DNA of 64,000 nt from a virus (IMGVR_UViG_3300044673_000278:59694-123693), one strand, 5' to 3'. Shown: positions 45,516-55,970, counted from the stretch's first letter. The notes: generated from the letters alone by a model not told the origin. Program-made: numbers and translations.

Positions 45516-47423
45516 TTAGCCCTTGTATGCTTTCCACAGATTGTTCATGCTTTCGCGAACTTTTTCAAGATCGCCGTCGCCGTCTAAATCAGCTTCTTTC
45601 TTGCCAGCAGCACGAGCCTTGGCTAGGTTGCCAGTAAACTTGTTGCCTTCTTCTACGTCATCTTCTTCAACTTTTTTGGCTTCAGTTTTGATACCAGCCA
45701 TTTCCATCATACGACGGATGGCATCTTCTTCCATTTCAGCATAGCTGTGTTGACGTTCTTCTTGGCTAGCAATCACAGGCACAGTGGTCTGGCCAGTTGC
45801 CTTGGGCTTGTTGATACCGCCTGCATATTGCAGTGCATCGTCACTGGTTTCTGTTTCTGTGGGATAGTCAGGAGCGTTTTCTGTGGGTGTTGTATCACCA
45901 TAGGCTTCGTCCATTTGTCCGTCGCAACCGCATGATGCTTGGCCGCAGCTGGGGCAAGCTTCTGCGCCTTCGCCACCTACACCAGCCATCTTCAACAATT
46001 CGCCTAGTTTTTCAGCATCGTCATCGGTGGCAGTTACTGTGAGGCTCTTAGTAGGGCCGCCCATTGCGTCATTGTTCATGTTCATTGAAACATTCATTGA
46101 CTCAGCAATCATGTCTTCAATTTCACGATTCATGCTGTCATAGATGCCTTTGCCAAAGCTGAATCCGCTGCTGGCAGTGGGTGTACCTGAGCCGCCGGCT
46201 TCTTCAGTTTTTTCTTTCTTGGCTTTCTTGGGCTTGTCGGCAGACTTGTCTGCTTCCTTATCCTTCTTAGGGGCCTTTTCTGGCAAACCTTTGTGCTTGG
46301 TCGCAGCAAAGTCTTTGGCATCTTTCTTGCCCATGCTCTTGGCTACTTTGGCAACTTCCTTGCTGGCAGGCTTTTCGCCTTTTTGTGCAGCATGGACCAT
46401 GCCCATGAACTTTTGCTGTTTCTTGCTTACTGCTTTTTCGTCCAGCTCTTCTTCGCCGTCGCTCATCATTTCCAACACGCCTTGAATAGCATTGCCTAAG
46501 GCGTTTTTACCTTCCGCAAATGCTTGGTCCATTAGACGTTCAAGAACTTCACGATCTTCGGGTGTTGCTGATTCTTTGACTTTTTCGCCAGGCTCTTTGT
46601 CGCTGAGCTTGTGCTTGGTAACGTTGCCTTTGTGAGCAGGCAGTTTGACTTTGCCAACACCAAATGCTGACCAGTCGGGCTTGAGTTCAGCGCCTTGTTC
46701 AGTGTCAGTGGACTTCTTGGGACGACCGCGGCCACGTGGTGCAGCAGGCTTGACCTGTGGCTCATCATCTTTCTGAGCAGCGCCGCCATAACGCTTGCCA
46801 GCAATCTTACGAGTAACAGCACCTTTCATTGCTTCAGCAGCAACGTCGCCTAGCATTTCGTCAACTTCTTTTTTGGCGCCGGCAATCTTGTCAGCAAATG
46901 TGATCTTGTCAGCAGGGGGTGCTAACTTGGCAAATTTCTTTTGCTTGGGTGTCATAGGAGCCGCAGCTTCCTTGGCCAGTGGTGTACGTGGCTTTTCGCC
47001 TGTGGCAGGCAAACCCATTTTACGTTGTAGGTCTTTGCGCAGATCTTCGTCTGAACCGTGGCCCAGTGTGTCAAGAGCTTTGCTGCCAACTTTCTTAGCA
47101 ACAGCAACACCCTTGCGAACTACATCGCCCAGACCTTCTTCTACGCTTTCATTCTTGCCACGCAGTTTGGCCAACACAGCACCAGCTACTTTTTCGCCGC
47201 GCTCTTTGCTGCCATACTTTTCACCAGCTGACTTGGCAATCTTTTCAAAGTTTTTTCCTGGCTTGCCAATGTCCTTGCCGGTACGAGCCTTCTTGGCTGA
47301 GTAATCACCAGTGGAGCCTTCGGCAACAGCAGGTTGAGCACCTTCGTTGAGGTTCTGGTGTACACTCTTAGGAGTGTCTAACACTTCTTTGAGTTTTTTG
47401 TTGATGTCGTAAAAGAATGTCAT
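45516..47423 (-). CDS. Large Lys/Glu-rich modular probable internal head protein
   Basis: Short modules separated by xxE|G/A/S sites; KAVSKKQQKFMGMV module; DLDGDGD. Confidence 0.7.
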   Translation of the reverse strand: MTFFYDINKKLKEVLDTPKSVHQNLNEGAQPAVAEGSTGDYSAKKARTGKDIGKPGKNFEKIAKSAGEKYGSKERGEKVAGAVLAKLRGKNESVEEGLGDVVRKGVAVAKKVGSKALDTLGHGSDEDLRKDLQRKMGLPATGEKPRTPLAKEAAAPMTPKQKKFAKLAPPADKITFADKIAGAKKEVDEMLGDVAAEAMKGAVTRKIAGKRYGGAAQKDDEPQVKPAAPRGRGRPKKSTDTEQGAELKPDWSAFGVGKVKLPAHKGNVTKHKLSDKEPGEKVKESATPEDREVLERLMDQAFAEGKNALGNAIQGVLEMMSDGEEELDEKAVSKKQQKFMGMVHAAQKGEKPASKEVAKVAKSMGKKDAKDFAATKHKGLPEKAPKKDKEADKSADKPKKAKKEKTEEAGGSGTPTASSGFSFGKGIYDSMNREIEDMIAESMNVSMNMNNDAMGGPTKSLTVTATDDDAEKLGELLKMAGVGGEGAEACPSCGQASCGCDGQMDEAYGDTTPTENAPDYPTETETSDDALQYAGGINKPKATGQTTVPVIASQEERQHSYAEMEEDAIRRMMEMAGIKTEAKKVEEDDVEEGNKFTGNLAKARAAGKKEADLDGDGDLEKVRESMNNLWKAYKG

Positions 47424-47429
47424 TTGGTA

Positions 47430-48038
47430 TTATCCTCGAGGTTGGGCGCCAGTGGCTGGTTTTGGTGGACGCTTGATTGTGGTCATCGGGCTCTTGACGC
47501 CCTGAGGCAACTCATTGGTTGTCTTGGCTGGTGCAGTGCGTCCGCCAGCCACGGTAAAGTCTGAACGATAAGCATTTTTCAATACGTCGTGGTCGTAAGG
47601 ACCAGTGGCATAATCTTTGCTCAAGGCTTTTTGTTCTCGATCTGGTGCAGGATAATCTGTGTCCTTCAGCAGGTCTTTGTTTTCGTCAGCGATCTTTTCG
47701 TACTCCTGAACCATGCCGTCGTTGTAGTTACGAGTGCTCATGATCACACGGTTAGGGTCAATGCCCAGCAACTGTGCTAGTTGCTTGATCTGAGGTTCGA
47801 TGGCAGGGTAACGGAAGCTCACATCGAACATGCTCACTGACTCGTTCTTGAAGTTGGGAAAGTCAGTGGGAATGGCTTGTACAGGTGTGGTCTTGAGATC
47901 TGTCATATTAACTGGATCAAATTGATCCAGCTTTTGTTTGAGTTGGCGAACAGCGTCAGCATCTACTTTACCGCAGATTTTGATGCGATAATCATAGGTT
48001 CTTTGGCTTTCGGCGAGGTAATTGGCGAATGTTTTCAT
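47430..48038 (-). CDS. Hypothetical late protein
   Basis: MKTFANYLAE|S N-terminus like T4 internal-protein propeptides; TAAATA upstream. Confidence 0.7.
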   Translation of the reverse strand: MKTFANYLAESQRTYDYRIKICGKVDADAVRQLKQKLDQFDPVNMTDLKTTPVQAIPTDFPNFKNESVSMFDVSFRYPAIEPQIKQLAQLLGIDPNRVIMSTRNYNDGMVQEYEKIADENKDLLKDTDYPAPDREQKALSKDYATGPYDHDVLKNAYRSDFTVAGGRTAPAKTTNELPQGVKSPMTTIKRPPKPATGAQPRG

Positions 48039-48058
48039 TTCGATATCCTATGCTATAT

Positions 48059-48565
48059 TTATTCTTTTGTGTCGTTTTGCTTGTTGCCGCCAATGATTCT
48101 AGCCAGCAAATCGTTACGACTCAGTACCACACCTGTGCCTTGTTGCACAGGCCCTTCTGGCTCTTCTTTGGCATCTAGTGCCGCTTGCTGTTGATCCAAA
48201 CGCATTTTTTTCATTTGCAAATCAATCATCTTGAGCTTTTTGTCTAGTTTGGCAGTCTTGGCTGTGATAGCATGTCCCAGCATGTTAGATGCCACTGAAA
48301 AGATTTCGCTAGCAAAGCGACTGTCAACTTGCATGCCTAGATCCATGAGATCTTTGTAGCTGCCTGTGGCCATCTTGGCCAGTTCGTCCATTTCACTATC
48401 GGTTGCATCCAAGCCCTTTACAGCAGGCAGTGCTTCGTCGATTTTGTCAATGGTTTCGTCCAGTGCTGCCAATGTTTCTCGGTTAGCAGGCAATTCGGGA
48501 ATAGCAGCATCTACTTCGTCCGAAGTAGGCGGTAGATCAAACAGTTCTTCAAGTTTTTTGGTCAT
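48059..48565 (-). CDS. Putative terminase small subunit (gp16-like)
   Basis: Size, helical coiled-coil pattern and position next to gp4; weak similarity only. Confidence 0.45.
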   Translation of the reverse strand: MTKKLEELFDLPPTSDEVDAAIPELPANRETLAALDETIDKIDEALPAVKGLDATDSEMDELAKMATGSYKDLMDLGMQVDSRFASEIFSVASNMLGHAITAKTAKLDKKLKMIDLQMKKMRLDQQQAALDAKEEPEGPVQQGTGVVLSRNDLLARIIGGNKQNDTKE

Positions 48566-48580
48566 GCCATATTTAGTGGC

Positions 48581-49012
48581 TTAATTTGACCCGTTGCGAA
48601 ACATGTCGTTTTCGGTTATGACTCTGAAGTGTATGCCTTGCTTGGCGCACCATTTGGTTGCTGCGTCCCATTTGGCATAGTTGATAGCAACCACAGCACG
48701 ATCTCTACTGCTCATTTTGCTTTCGATTACACTTTGTTTTTTGGGTTTAATTTCGATCAGTTCTGCTCGCATGGTATTGTTGCGGGTACGATATGTGATC
48801 AAGAAGTCTGGAACATAGATAGTTTGTTTGCCTGTGAGCGGATGTCTGTAGGGTATTTGTATGGCTTCTGACGCCCATTGCAACACATTGTCGTTGGTGT
48901 CACAAAAGCGCATAAAGCTAAGTTCCCAGCCCGATCGATACCTGGGAGTTTTGTTCCCAACATATTTGTCAGGGTTTTGTACAGTGTAAAATCCTTGTGC
49001 CCACTTGCTCAT
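48581..49012 (-). CDS. gp4: Head completion nuclease (T4 gp4, TnsA-like)
   Basis: NPDKYVG, YRSGWE..FM..CD, WASE..IPY, Y.PDF, EIKP, AKW.AA, F.VITE. Confidence 0.93.
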   Translation of the reverse strand: MSKWAQGFYTVQNPDKYVGNKTPRYRSGWELSFMRFCDTNDNVLQWASEAIQIPYRHPLTGKQTIYVPDFLITYRTRNNTMRAELIEIKPKKQSVIESKMSSRDRAVVAINYAKWDAATKWCAKQGIHFRVITENDMFRNGSN

Positions 49013-49374
49013 TGTATCACATTTCTTGCAGCATAGGCGTTGGGTGTCACTGGAACACCAACCCCCAACAATGTTGCAAGACTACGAATTTGATTGAGAT
49101 AATAGGCCAACGTAACGTTCAGGTTTACACCATTGGTACCTTGGAATTCCTGCAGCAAAGTCAGCGGGGGGACACCGGTAGATTCGGCAATTCTAAACAA
49201 GCTGACTGTGAAGTTTCCAGCAGCCTGTTTGTTTTTCATAGTTTGTAAAAAATAGCTATGAACTACATCATACTCTGCTGCTGGAACATTAACGTCATAA
49301 TCATAGAACTGATCAAAAATTCTCACAGTTTGATCTGTGTTGAAGTTTGTGTTGTTAACTGATCCTGTTGCCAT
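49009..49374 (-). CDS. Hypothetical protein (tail/baseplate region)
   Basis: 121-aa coupled ORF. Confidence 0.7.
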   Translation of the reverse strand: MATGSVNNTNFNTDQTVRIFDQFYDYDVNVPAAEYDVVHSYFLQTMKNKQAAGNFTVSLFRIAESTGVPPLTLLQEFQGTNGVNLNVTLAYYLNQIRSLATLLGVGVPVTPNAYAARNVIQ

Positions 49375-50519
49375 TATTGTCCACCTGTGTTGTTTCCTGG
49401 AGCTCGAGGTGTGGGAATAAACACACCTGTTGGTCTATTTAACACTGGGCGCACAGCACCCGGCAATGATTTGATAATTTCGTTGGTACCCAGTCGTACA
49501 GTTTCGCTCTTGGCAATGGCTTGTAAATCTTTGCCTTTGAATGTGTTGTACACTGTGCCTGCTTTTTGTGCAGCACCAATCAGGCCACCGAGGTTGCCAC
49601 TCTGTAGGTCTTTGATAGCGCCTTCGGCAGCATCCAACAATCCGCCTTGGCCAAACACTGTGGCGTTGGAACCAGGTCTAGCAATGCTACTCAATCTGGT
49701 ATCATAGCGTTCAGGTCCGCCAAATCCTTGTACGTTTTGATCAGCCTGACCACCCTTGCTCATTGAACCTTCGTAGTACTTCACAGTTTCATATTCCACA
49801 GTCATTGAATGTTGCATTATGCCATTGCCTTGAGTGTAGTCATAGGTATCGTGATTCCAGGCTTTGATAATAGGGTTAATAAGAATGTACTCAGCAAACT
49901 TGCGCTGATCCATGCCATAAATTCTGATGTCTTTGAAGAATGGTGGCTTTCCATTGACGTTTGAGTTTCCGGCTTTCCAAGTTTCTCCAGAATATCCCCA
50001 GTCCTTGACTTGCAATGTATCGCTGTAGATGTCATTTCGAGGGTATCCAAAACCTGTGGTTCTGTTTTGACTTGCACCCACACTGCCGTTGGTTACGTTG
50101 GGATTTAAATATTGTTGAGAAGGGTCGTTGTAATAATAACTGAAATAGTAATACCACAGTCTACGTGCATTGTCTCCACCGTCATCGTGGAAAGTTATGT
50201 TAATGGGTTGATACTCAATTTTTGTTTGAACCAGTCGCTTGCGATTGTACTGATTCATTGTTGCTGTTTGAATATTGTACTTGGGAAGATCTACTGTTTT
50301 AACCAGCAGGCTGAGTTCAGCAACGTCACCGCTACCAAAAACACCCTTCAAGAAAGGAATCTCTGTGTTGATAGAGAAACTCACATGAAAGAGAAACTTG
50401 TAGCGAGGCTTGAGTTCAAAGGCGTTGGTAGTAAAAGTTCGGCTTGCGTGAGTATAATCACGCAAGCCTTGCCCTGTGCCTAAGAACCCTTTTAAAAAGT
50501 TCTGGCCAAAATCTGCCAT
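49374..50519 (-). CDS. Tail tube-like baseplate protein (gp54/gp48-like)
   Basis: VDLPKY, NQYNRKR, YQPINITFHDD tube-fold motifs; follows the tube gene. Confidence 0.7.
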   Translation of the reverse strand: MADFGQNFLKGFLGTGQGLRDYTHASRTFTTNAFELKPRYKFLFHVSFSINTEIPFLKGVFGSGDVAELSLLVKTVDLPKYNIQTATMNQYNRKRLVQTKIEYQPINITFHDDGGDNARRLWYYYFSYYYNDPSQQYLNPNVTNGSVGASQNRTTGFGYPRNDIYSDTLQVKDWGYSGETWKAGNSNVNGKPPFFKDIRIYGMDQRKFAEYILINPIIKAWNHDTYDYTQGNGIMQHSMTVEYETVKYYEGSMSKGGQADQNVQGFGGPERYDTRLSSIARPGSNATVFGQGGLLDAAEGAIKDLQSGNLGGLIGAAQKAGTVYNTFKGKDLQAIAKSETVRLGTNEIIKSLPGAVRPVLNRPTGVFIPTPRAPGNNTGGQ

Positions 50520-50532
50520 GTGCTAGCCCGCC

Positions 50533-51183
50533 TTATTGGCCTTGGCCTGCACCAGTTACTGCGCCAGCAATGGTCTGACCAAGAACTGTGCCAATACCAA
50601 TACCGCCTTGTGCAACATCACCAGCCACTTGGTTGGCGTTGTCGTAAGCAATAGTCAAACTCACTGTAACAGGAGCACTTTCACCGTAGTTCAATGCGCC
50701 GTAGTCAGCACCTTTGAGGTAGCAACCGTACAGTTCCCAAGTTTCTAGAACTACTGGAGCAACAGCACCGTTGCCACCGTCGAGAATCTCGATACGAGTT
50801 GTAAACTTGTAATCAACACCGCTGGCTGCGGAGGCCATTTCCAAGAAGTCCATTTGCTTCTGCATCTGCTCGCCAACTAGGCGGCTAACTTGACCTGAAG
50901 CATCGTCGCGAATTTCTGTGGTGCAGTCTGCCCAAGTGTGCTTACCAGCCAACTTCAATGTTGAGTTGTAAATTGGCAGAGTAATTTCTTCAAATGTCAG
51001 GTTAGGACGGCTGAAGCTCATTACCTGCTTGGTCAGTTCAGTTGTGGGTTTAGATACACCAAAGTTTTCGAAGAACACGCGGAAGCGATATCTTAATTTT
51101 GGCATCAACAGACCTTGAGCTCCACCGCCTGCGGCGTCTGCTCCTACGGGCACTGTCATTTTGTTTAGTGATGCACTTGCCAT
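50533..51183 (-). CDS. gp19: Tail tube protein (gp19-like)
   Basis: RYRFRV.F, RP, AGK.TW, WELYGCY, L.Y, IAYD. Confidence 0.88.
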   Translation of the reverse strand: MASASLNKMTVPVGADAAGGGAQGLLMPKLRYRFRVFFENFGVSKPTTELTKQVMSFSRPNLTFEEITLPIYNSTLKLAGKHTWADCTTEIRDDASGQVSRLVGEQMQKQMDFLEMASAASGVDYKFTTRIEILDGGNGAVAPVVLETWELYGCYLKGADYGALNYGESAPVTVSLTIAYDNANQVAGDVAQGGIGIGTVLGQTIAGAVTGAGQGQ

Positions 51184-51215
51184 AAATTTCTCCTATATGT
51201 TTATTTACCTTAAGA

Positions 51216-51240
51216 AGAGAGTCCTTGCGGACCCTCTTTT
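51216..51240 (-). terminator. Stem-loop between sheath and tube genes
   Basis: AAGAGGGTCC-GCAA-GGACTCTCTT on the minus strand, then TCTT. Confidence 0.6.
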
Positions 51241-54200
51241 TAGGCGGCTGCTCCAGAGATCTCTCCAGTGTTCTTGATTCGCAGAGGAATGTAGATGAAT
51301 TCAACTGCTTTCACTGGTTCGATGGCAATGTCAACCCATAGTTCGTTTCTGTCGATTCGAGCTGGTGTATTGTTGCTGGTATCGCAAACAACCAAGTAGT
51401 CATAAATGGCTCGCTTGGCAGTCAAGTCGATCATCAGGCTGTTGACTGTGTTGGTCATTTCCTGACGTGTGATCTCGTCGTTGGGTTCAAACAAGAACAA
51501 CTTGCCAATCTGTTCCAAACGTCCACGCAAGAATGCAACCAGTCGTGCAACGTTGATTCGATCCAACGCTGTAGTAGTTGTGGTTGTAGTCTTGTTACCA
51601 AAGTTGGTAATACCTACACCTGGGATAAAGGTAATTGGGTTGATGTTGCGCTCGTACAGGATATCGCGAATGCTCTGTCCCATGCTCAACTGCACAAATT
51701 CGCCTGTGGCAGCATCAATGAAACCAATAGCCAGTGCGTTGTCGACAACACCACGACGTGTACCAGCTGGTGCTAGCCACGGATAGCTTACAGCATCACT
51801 GCGCAAGATTGTACGAACCATCATGTGGCTTGGAGGAGCCACAACAGTGTTACCGCTGAGGTCAGTGGTCTGGCAGCTTGGATAGAATGCAGCAGCATAG
51901 TTACTGGTTGCAATCTGACCATCTTCTGTGGCCAATCCAAGACCGTTGTTGTTGGTAGCCCAATTAACCAAGCTGGTACCACTTGAGTCCAGACGCATTG
52001 GAGTATCTGCTACAACAAACAAGGTATTGCCACGCTCATTGCTGAGAGCAATCATGTTTGGTGTGAGTTCAGGGTATGCAGGAGCAGCAATCAGGTTGAA
52101 TTCTGTTTGCTCTTCTCTAGCTGCTAGGCTAGTATCAATACCTGACTTCATTGCAGCCACAACCATTCTACGCTGTGCCTGGCGTCCTGACCACATGCTT
52201 CCGTCATCTTTGTTACCACTAGCGGTGAGCCAGGTATTCTTCTGGCTCGGCAGAGTGTCATCAGGGAAGCTAGCAGCATTGAAATAGTTTTCTTGGAAAC
52301 TCTTGACATTGTAACCACTGCGGCGTGTGTTCCACAACAGCATACCTTGTGGATACAGGGCTGAATCAGGAGCATCTAAGTCCAGGTAGTTGCTGGTCAA
52401 CAAGCTCTGAATTGTTGGGAACGGGTCACTCACAGGGTCTGTGGTGCCGTTTGGTGCCCAACGTGCGTCAGCAAACAACACACCGTTTTCAGTAACTTGG
52501 TCTGTGGTATCTACTGCTACCCATTGATCTGTACCGTTAACTGGTTCCCAACGGTAGATGCGTGGATAATTTTCCAAATCGCTGGAATCGATCCAAAGAT
52601 CGCCGTACTGCAGAGGACTCTCAGCAGAATCGTTCTGTGTAGTTGGTGCTGTAGCAGAAATGATCGGGCCGCTGGGGTTGGTCTGTGTCAAATCAAAACC
52701 ACGAACATCGTTGGTAACGTTTTGATAACCGCGCCATTGTCCGTTGTCCTGAATCATGATATCCACATCGCTGATGCTGCTGTAGAACCACAAACGGCCA
52801 TCAGCTGGATCTACATCAGGTGCAGTATCGCTGGCAGTGTATGTAAACTCCGGAGAAGTTACCCAGTTACTCAACACCAGAGCTGATGTCGATGCACTTT
52901 GACGGCACAACAATGTGGCCAAAGTAAATCCGGCAGTGGTAATTGGTGTTCCAACAGTGTTTAAAAGTGAGATTGTACCGCCCTGGCTGTGTGTAAACAC
53001 AATATTTCCAGCTGAGTTGACGCTGGCAGAAACATTTGGTATGTTAGCTGCACTGACGGCTGCGATAAAGTCAGCTGCTGTAGTGCCACCCAAAGTAGCA
53101 GTACCTGACACAAAGTTAGCTTGACCTGGTTGGCTAGCTGAAATAGTAAAGGCATTTCCGTTGACAAATGTTGGGTTAGCAACAGTACCGGTGACTATGG
53201 TTGCTCCCAGTGCATATCGAGACAGAATTTCAAATGATGTTGTAACATTTGGTGTTGTCTGATAAAAGTTTGCATTCCACTGAACATAGGTAGTTCCAAC
53301 TGGGATATTCTTACCACCGCCAGACGGATCAAGCGCAAACAATGCTGCACCGTCACCAGAGTAGGCATTGGTCACTTGACTTACCCAGTCTCCCAATGCA
53401 GTGCTGTAACGCTTTATTTTTAAACTCAGACCATTGTTTGCAGAACTCATATTGTTCCAAACAGAACCGGTTGGGCGTGGACCATTGTCGGTGGCTCTCC
53501 AACGCGGTGCCTGATAGCTGTATGACGGTAGGTATGTAGGAGCAAGGTATTCACCTGCAGTAATACCTAGAGCAGTTAACAATGCTGCACCGTTGTTTGG
53601 ACCTGGGTCAATTGCTATTACGCCGCCGCCAGCTGTGGATCCATCGTTGGTTGCATCGGAGTCTGCATACAACGCAAGACGACCGCTTACTGCTGCTGCT
53701 GTAACGCCAGAAATTGCAGCGGTGTTAATAGCAGCGGCTAGGCCAGCAACAGTGTTTGTCACAGGTACGGCAACCAATGTATCGTTGATAAAAAGGTTAT
53801 AACCTTGAGTCAGCGAACTTGGGCTTGCAGTACCAGTTATGGTAGGCCAAGAAGATTTCCACTCGTCGTCACCAATTAGTACCCAATTGTTGCTGGAGTT
53901 TTTGTAATATCCCTTTTTGTTAACATCGACTGTAACTATCGCGTAGTCGCCGATGCTGCCAACTGAAGACAATGGAGTGACATCGCCGCCTTCGGCATCA
54001 ACAACTTGATCGGGATCTGTGATTACGATAGGAGTTTTGACTGTGAATGTATTGGTAGTTTGGTTCCATTCCTGGATGCCCCAAGTGGTCTCTGATACAT
54101 CTAACCATACTGTACCGTCAGCAGGTTCGCCCACAGGACGATTCAAGCTGGCAGTAAGCTCAGTTAAGTCAATATCAACACGTTGTACATACGCACGATT

Positions 54201-54512
54201 GGTAACACCAAGAGCACTGTAAGCAGCAAGCAAACCGTACTCGTTGAGTTCGTAACCGTTGATAGGAGTACCTGTGGTAGTGTTGTAGAAAAACGGTACA
54301 CCAAAGGTAGCAGCCAAATCTCTCTGGCTGGTAATGAGATATGTTTTATTGGCGTTGGCGGCCAATGTTCCAGCAGCAACAGTTACGCCGTCAGCTGATA
54401 CTTTGTTTTGCGCGGTTGCAACCAAGAAATAAGGTACTGAGTTAACAGCACTTGGGATGTATTGACTTTCGTCAATTACGGTTACTTCTACGCCGGGTGA
54501 TACTAGAGCCAT
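51240..54512 (-). CDS. gp18: Tail sheath protein (gp18-like) with large insertions
   Basis: MALVSPGV...IDES, W.APAG..RG, INPI, DRINV.RL, LFEPND, P.KAVEFIYI; TATAAATA at 54538-54545. Confidence 0.95.
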   Translation of the reverse strand: MALVSPGVEVTVIDESQYIPSAVNSVPYFLVATAQNKVSADGVTVAAGTLAANANKTYLITSQRDLAATFGVPFFYNTTTGTPINGYELNEYGLLAAYSALGVTNRAYVQRVDIDLTELTASLNRPVGEPADGTVWLDVSETTWGIQEWNQTTNTFTVKTPIVITDPDQVVDAEGGDVTPLSSVGSIGDYAIVTVDVNKKGYYKNSSNNWVLIGDDEWKSSWPTITGTASPSSLTQGYNLFINDTLVAVPVTNTVAGLAAAINTAAISGVTAAAVSGRLALYADSDATNDGSTAGGGVIAIDPGPNNGAALLTALGITAGEYLAPTYLPSYSYQAPRWRATDNGPRPTGSVWNNMSSANNGLSLKIKRYSTALGDWVSQVTNAYSGDGAALFALDPSGGGKNIPVGTTYVQWNANFYQTTPNVTTSFEILSRYALGATIVTGTVANPTFVNGNAFTISASQPGQANFVSGTATLGGTTAADFIAAVSAANIPNVSASVNSAGNIVFTHSQGGTISLLNTVGTPITTAGFTLATLLCRQSASTSALVLSNWVTSPEFTYTASDTAPDVDPADGRLWFYSSISDVDIMIQDNGQWRGYQNVTNDVRGFDLTQTNPSGPIISATAPTTQNDSAESPLQYGDLWIDSSDLENYPRIYRWEPVNGTDQWVAVDTTDQVTENGVLFADARWAPNGTTDPVSDPFPTIQSLLTSNYLDLDAPDSALYPQGMLLWNTRRSGYNVKSFQENYFNAASFPDDTLPSQKNTWLTASGNKDDGSMWSGRQAQRRMVVAAMKSGIDTSLAAREEQTEFNLIAAPAYPELTPNMIALSNERGNTLFVVADTPMRLDSSGTSLVNWATNNNGLGLATEDGQIATSNYAAAFYPSCQTTDLSGNTVVAPPSHMMVRTILRSDAVSYPWLAPAGTRRGVVDNALAIGFIDAATGEFVQLSMGQSIRDILYERNINPITFIPGVGITNFGNKTTTTTTTALDRINVARLVAFLRGRLEQIGKLFLFEPNDEITRQEMTNTVNSLMIDLTAKRAIYDYLVVCDTSNNTPARIDRNELWVDIAIEPVKAVEFIYIPLRIKNTGEISGAAA

Positions 54513-54609
54513 AGTGGGTTCCTTTTCAAGTTTCTAATATTTATAGATTATGGCCAAAATCACGCCGTTACGGTGCCCTTACGGTAAGGTCCGTGCCATA
54601 AATATTGCT

Positions 54610-54954
54610 ATGAGACCCATTTGTCCAGTGTGTAACCAGCGTCCTAGAGCAGTAAATTGCCACAGAGGTGATCGAATTTACTATCGCAGCAGATGCGAAG
54701 TTTGCACTAAGAAAAACAAAAAAATAAAGCCACCTGTTCCTAGGTGGCAGTTATCGGGCTACAAGAAAAAACCCACATGCGATCGCTGTGGGTTTAAAGC
54801 AAAACATCGTGACCAACTAATAGTGCATCACATCGATGGGGACTTAAATCATTGCGAGTTTAGAAATTTGCGCACAATTTGTCTCAACTGTGCTGTGGAT
54901 GTTAGACGCACAGAAATTACTTGGCGTCCTGGAGACTTGGAACCCGACGTTTGA
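54610..54954 (+). CDS. HNH endonuclease with an N-terminal Zn ribbon
   Basis: CxxC pairs, VHHIDGD..H....NL..IC.NC; TAAATA-5-ATG. Confidence 0.8.
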   Translation: MRPICPVCNQRPRAVNCHRGDRIYYRSRCEVCTKKNKKIKPPVPRWQLSGYKKKPTCDRCGFKAKHRDQLIVHHIDGDLNHCEFRNLRTICLNCAVDVRRTEITWRPGDLEPDV

Positions 54955-55450
54955 GTAGATTACTGACCAGTTCCCTGGTGTTGCGTTTTAAATCTTCCAG
55001 TGTACCGTTGTTGTCAATTACAAAATCAGCCATCCAAATTTCCAAACTCATGCTACTACGATCTTCAGCAGGCAAATGATCGCTGCGGTCTACCCAAATA
55101 GCATGATCAAATACACCAGTGTTACGCATGGCATGAAACTCTGCTTTGTTGCGCAGGCCACAATAGATATCGTTTTCGGCAAAAATTTCCCGCCCTAAAC
55201 GGGCATAATCATTCTTGCAATAATCATGAATCATGTCATACCATTCTGCTCTATGGTTATGACGATCTTCAAAGCACTGCTGGTATGTTGTGTATCCGTA
55301 CTTTTCTTTCAGTGCAGCATAGATAAAACGCTCAGCACAAAAATCTGAACTGGATCTAAAACTGTAGTTGAACTCATCCCGTAGTATTTCACACACAGTA
55401 TCTTTACCGTGGCGTGCATTGCCGATGATCAATAGTTTGGGTAGTGTCAT
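54917..55450 (-). CDS. Deoxynucleoside monophosphate kinase (gp1-like)
   Basis: IIGNARHGKDTV, R...EF, D..IDNNGTLEDL. Confidence 0.75.
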   Translation of the reverse strand: MTLPKLLIIGNARHGKDTVCEILRDEFNYSFRSSSDFCAERFIYAALKEKYGYTTYQQCFEDRHNHRAEWYDMIHDYCKNDYARLGREIFAENDIYCGLRNKAEFHAMRNTGVFDHAIWVDRSDHLPAEDRSSMSLEIWMADFVIDNNGTLEDLKRNTRELVSNLLKRRVPSLQDAK

Positions 55451-55965
55451 ACAAGTTCTCTTACTTTGAGATATTCCAGTGCATCGTGCAGCAGATCGAT
55501 TTGACGCCGACAATCTTCCAATGCATGATGACTAGCAGGGTATTTTTGCAAACTGGGAACCAGTCCGTAGATGGTACGAGTATCGCGGATTTTGTAGTAT
55601 TGCCAAGGCAGTGCCATGTTATAGCTTTTGTAAGCATGCTCTAATATATTGGCATCGTATGTGGGGCCGTTCATCCAAATACGATTGCATTTCCAGCACA
55701 GCCGATGCAGTTCTTCTAGAGCTTGTTTGAGAGGAATACGCCCTTGTTCTGCAAAGGCTTCGGCTTGTGCTTCTTTTTGAGTGGCCCACCAATCTATAGT
55801 ACCTTGCTCGATCTTGCGGTCTTCCTGGCTTTCCAATGTGACTCGGGCATAATATTTGTGCTCAAAATATCCGCGAGTCAACGGATCAAAAGTTTGAGCA
55901 GCAATGGTTAAAATAGTTGCGTCTGGTCCTGTGGCCAAACCTTCGATGTCGATCATTACGTCCAT
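55447..55965 (-). CDS. DEDDh 3'-5' exonuclease (DUF5051/DexA-like)
   Basis: MIDIE, W.NG..YD, RDTRT, HHALEDC. Confidence 0.88.
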   Translation of the reverse strand: MDVMIDIEGLATGPDATILTIAAQTFDPLTRGYFEHKYYARVTLESQEDRKIEQGTIDWWATQKEAQAEAFAEQGRIPLKQALEELHRLCWKCNRIWMNGPTYDANILEHAYKSYNMALPWQYYKIRDTRTIYGLVPSLQKYPASHHALEDCRRQIDLLHDALEYLKVRELV

Positions 55966-55970
55966 TCTGC

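Noticed and set aside
54610-54954. HNH gene as a mobile homing endonuclease or intron marker
   Set aside because: Short, free-standing, has its own late promoter and interrupts no gene; mobility is unsupported
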